Of a stretch of 64,000 nucleotides of DNA, positions 62,124 to 64,000 are shown piece after piece; the first letter of the stretch is position 1, and each line of letters opens with the position of its first letter. The stretch spans positions 62,001 to 126,000 of the forward strand of contig JAXLNO010001373.1 of the NCBI GenBank assembly GCA_038087875.1. Reading direction: 5' to 3'. Made by a program: the position numbers and the translations under genes. The notes beneath the pieces are model-generated. The model worked only from the letters and a program-made list of their open reading frames with translations. It was not told the DNA's origin and did no database searches. This DNA comes from Malacoraja senta. Taxonomy: Eukaryota.

Positions 62124-62193
62124 TGGGACATTTCTTGCCATGGAAATGTTTTCATAATCTGCTCCTGGGGTCTATCAGCCGCTCCGGACTGGT
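62124..62193 (-). pseudogene. Cytoplasmic exon 1, right copy, with a net 4-bp deletion (frameshift)
   Basis: 70 bp versus 74 bp on the left: GCTGAT-AGAC-CCCAGG versus GCTGAT-GACCAGAT-CCCAGG. Confidence 0.78.
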
Positions 62194-62360
62194 CTGTGAA
62201 ATAGAGAACAAGGTCTCACAAAGAGCAGCCTCAGAGCTGTGAATCCCACTTTGCTGCCCAACAGCATAATGACGGTTCTTTGACAATCGGAACCAGCCCT
62301 TCCCATTTCACTAAATCCACACAGCAATTAGATCAGACTGAATGATTTAGTTGCACATAC

Positions 62361-62495
62361 AGGACTGGTGGCTTCCAGAAGCTTTGCGTCTGATGAGGCA
62401 GATGGCTCCAGTAACAGCAAGAACTCCCAGCACCAAAGGCAGAATGATCCAGGCAAGGTACATCACCACAACTTGATTCTCCTTCGTTTGAGAAA
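62361..62495 (-). CDS. Transmembrane exon, right copy
   Basis: 135-bp reverse complement of 10618-10752 with splice sites intact. Confidence 0.83.
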
Positions 62496-62612
62496 CTGCA
62501 AAGAAATCACATAATTGGGTAAACATCAGGGAAACGTAATGTCAGCGCAGAAGGAAGCCACTTGGCCCATCGTTCTGTGACAGCTCCTTGAAATAGTGGT
62601 CCGCTGAAACTA

Positions 62613-64000
62613 AATACTTTTCCACCCTTATCTCCAAAAATGCTCATATTTCCAAGGTCCTTTTTAGCACCAGCACCTCCATCATTTGTCCTGCCCCCAG
62701 CACCAGCTTAACTGGGTCCCCTGCTAAGCGCGAGGAATTTACTACATTTTTCACCAGCAAGGTAAAGAGCATAAGAACGAATATTTCCCCTCCCATCCAT
62801 GACCTGGCTGTCTCATTGGTCTGTTCTTCAAAATTAGACTGTTTCCAACAAGGTACTCTACCCTCCCTTGTAAAACTGGTCACCACCATGAAACCTACTA
62901 CCTGCCCCCTCGACACTGTCCCCTCTGCCCTCCTAAAGGACGTCATTACAACAGCCGGGCCCAGCATCCTCGCCATCTTCAACAGCTCTCTGGCCAATGG
63001 CACTGTACCTACCTGCTTCAAGCATGCGATGGTGACTCTGGCGGCTGTGCAATTATTGACCTCAGCGCAGCATTTGATACTGTCGACCACATCATCCTTA
63101 TTGACCGTCTCCGGTACGGGGTTGGTATTGATGGCACTGCCCTGAGCTGGTTCATCTCCTACCTCAACGGTAGGAGTTTCTCTACTAACATAGGCAACTC
63201 TTTCTCCTCCCCAGCTAGCCTCTGCTGTGGGGTTCCACAAGGTTCCATCCTTGGCCCCATTCTCTTCTCCCTGTATATGCTCCGCTTAGGCCAAGTCATT
63301 GAAAGGCACGTCATTTCCTTCCATTGCTACGCAGACGATACACAACTCTATCTCCCCCTGAAGGCCAAAAACCAATCAAATATGCTTGACCTTAACCGCT
63401 GCCTCGAGGATATAACGTGTTGGATGGCCCAGAACTTCCTCCAACTAAACGAGAGTAAGTCTGAGGTCATCATTCTCGGCCCCTCGGACTCAATCAAAAT
63501 GATAGCAGGCAGCTTTGGAAGCCTTACCCCACTACTCAAACCACACATCAAAAACCTTGGCGTCATATTTGACTCAGCACTGAAATTTGACAAACAAGTC
63601 AATGCCGTGGTAAAAGCTAGCTTCTTTCAGCTTCGGACGATAGCTAAAATAAAACAATTCCTCCAGTTTGATGACCTCGAAAAGATCATCCACACATTTA
63701 TCTCCTCCCGCCTAGATTACTGCAACTCCCTTTACACTGGCATCAGCCAATCTTCCCTGTCCTGCCTGCAACTGGTCCAAAACGCCGCAGCGAAACTCTT
63801 GACGGGCACCCGAAAAAGGGAGCACATCACCCCGATCCTGGCCTCTCTCCACTGGTTCCCTGTGCGGTTCCGTATAAATTTCAAGATCCTCCTCTATGTC
63901 TACAAAGCCCTCAATGGGATTGCCCTCCACCTACATTAAATGTCTTCTCACCCACCACACCACCTCCAGGTCCCTCAGATCGTCCGACTTGGGGTTACTG
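62613..64000 (+). mobile_element. L2-clade LINE 3' part, right arm
   Basis: ORF 63277-63939 (FHCYADDTQLY); mirrors about 9105-10500. Confidence 0.85.

Larger units (their letters stand above)
9105..64000. repeat. Giant inverted duplication (left arm from 9105 or earlier to 37518; right arm about 41.6 kb to 64000 or beyond)
   Basis: Collinear reverse-complement pairs: 9105/64000, 10618/62495, 23868/54748, 30277/48230, 31780/46726, 32374/46110 and 35571/42856. There are scattered substitutions, small indels and two arm-specific insertions. Confidence 0.93.

Overview
Eukaryotic vertebrate DNA. The repeat families (HE1-like tRNA SINE, CR1, L1, L2, Penelope-like, epsilon/gamma-like ERV) point to a cartilaginous fish, probably a skate or ray; this is inference. 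About 9.1-37.5 kb and about 37.7-64 kb form a giant inverted duplication, and the orientation switches at a 200-N gap, so it may be a real palindrome or a misjoined haplotig. Each arm carries a spliced, previously fragmented immune-receptor gene, the two copies arranged tail-to-tail. The gene has one germline-joined VJ-type Ig domain, an uncharged TM segment, a cytoplasmic DYENI motif and an ITAM split by a phase-0 intron (AIYM|D*QRPTQSIYDHL). The first ITAM Leu position is a TAG stop in both arms. No leader exon was found. One intron, originally about 1.1 kb, was expanded to 15-21 kb by nested insertions. An L1 with a 16-bp TSD that copies the splice donor contains a deleted, apparently recombinant ERV, plus arm-specific insertions: CR1-in-CR1 on the left and a second L1 on the right. 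The centre (32.4-46.1 kb) is a head-to-tail array of Helitron-like non-autonomous units with C-rich/G-rich tracts and Penelope-derived hairpins. All coordinates were read by eye; no searches were run.
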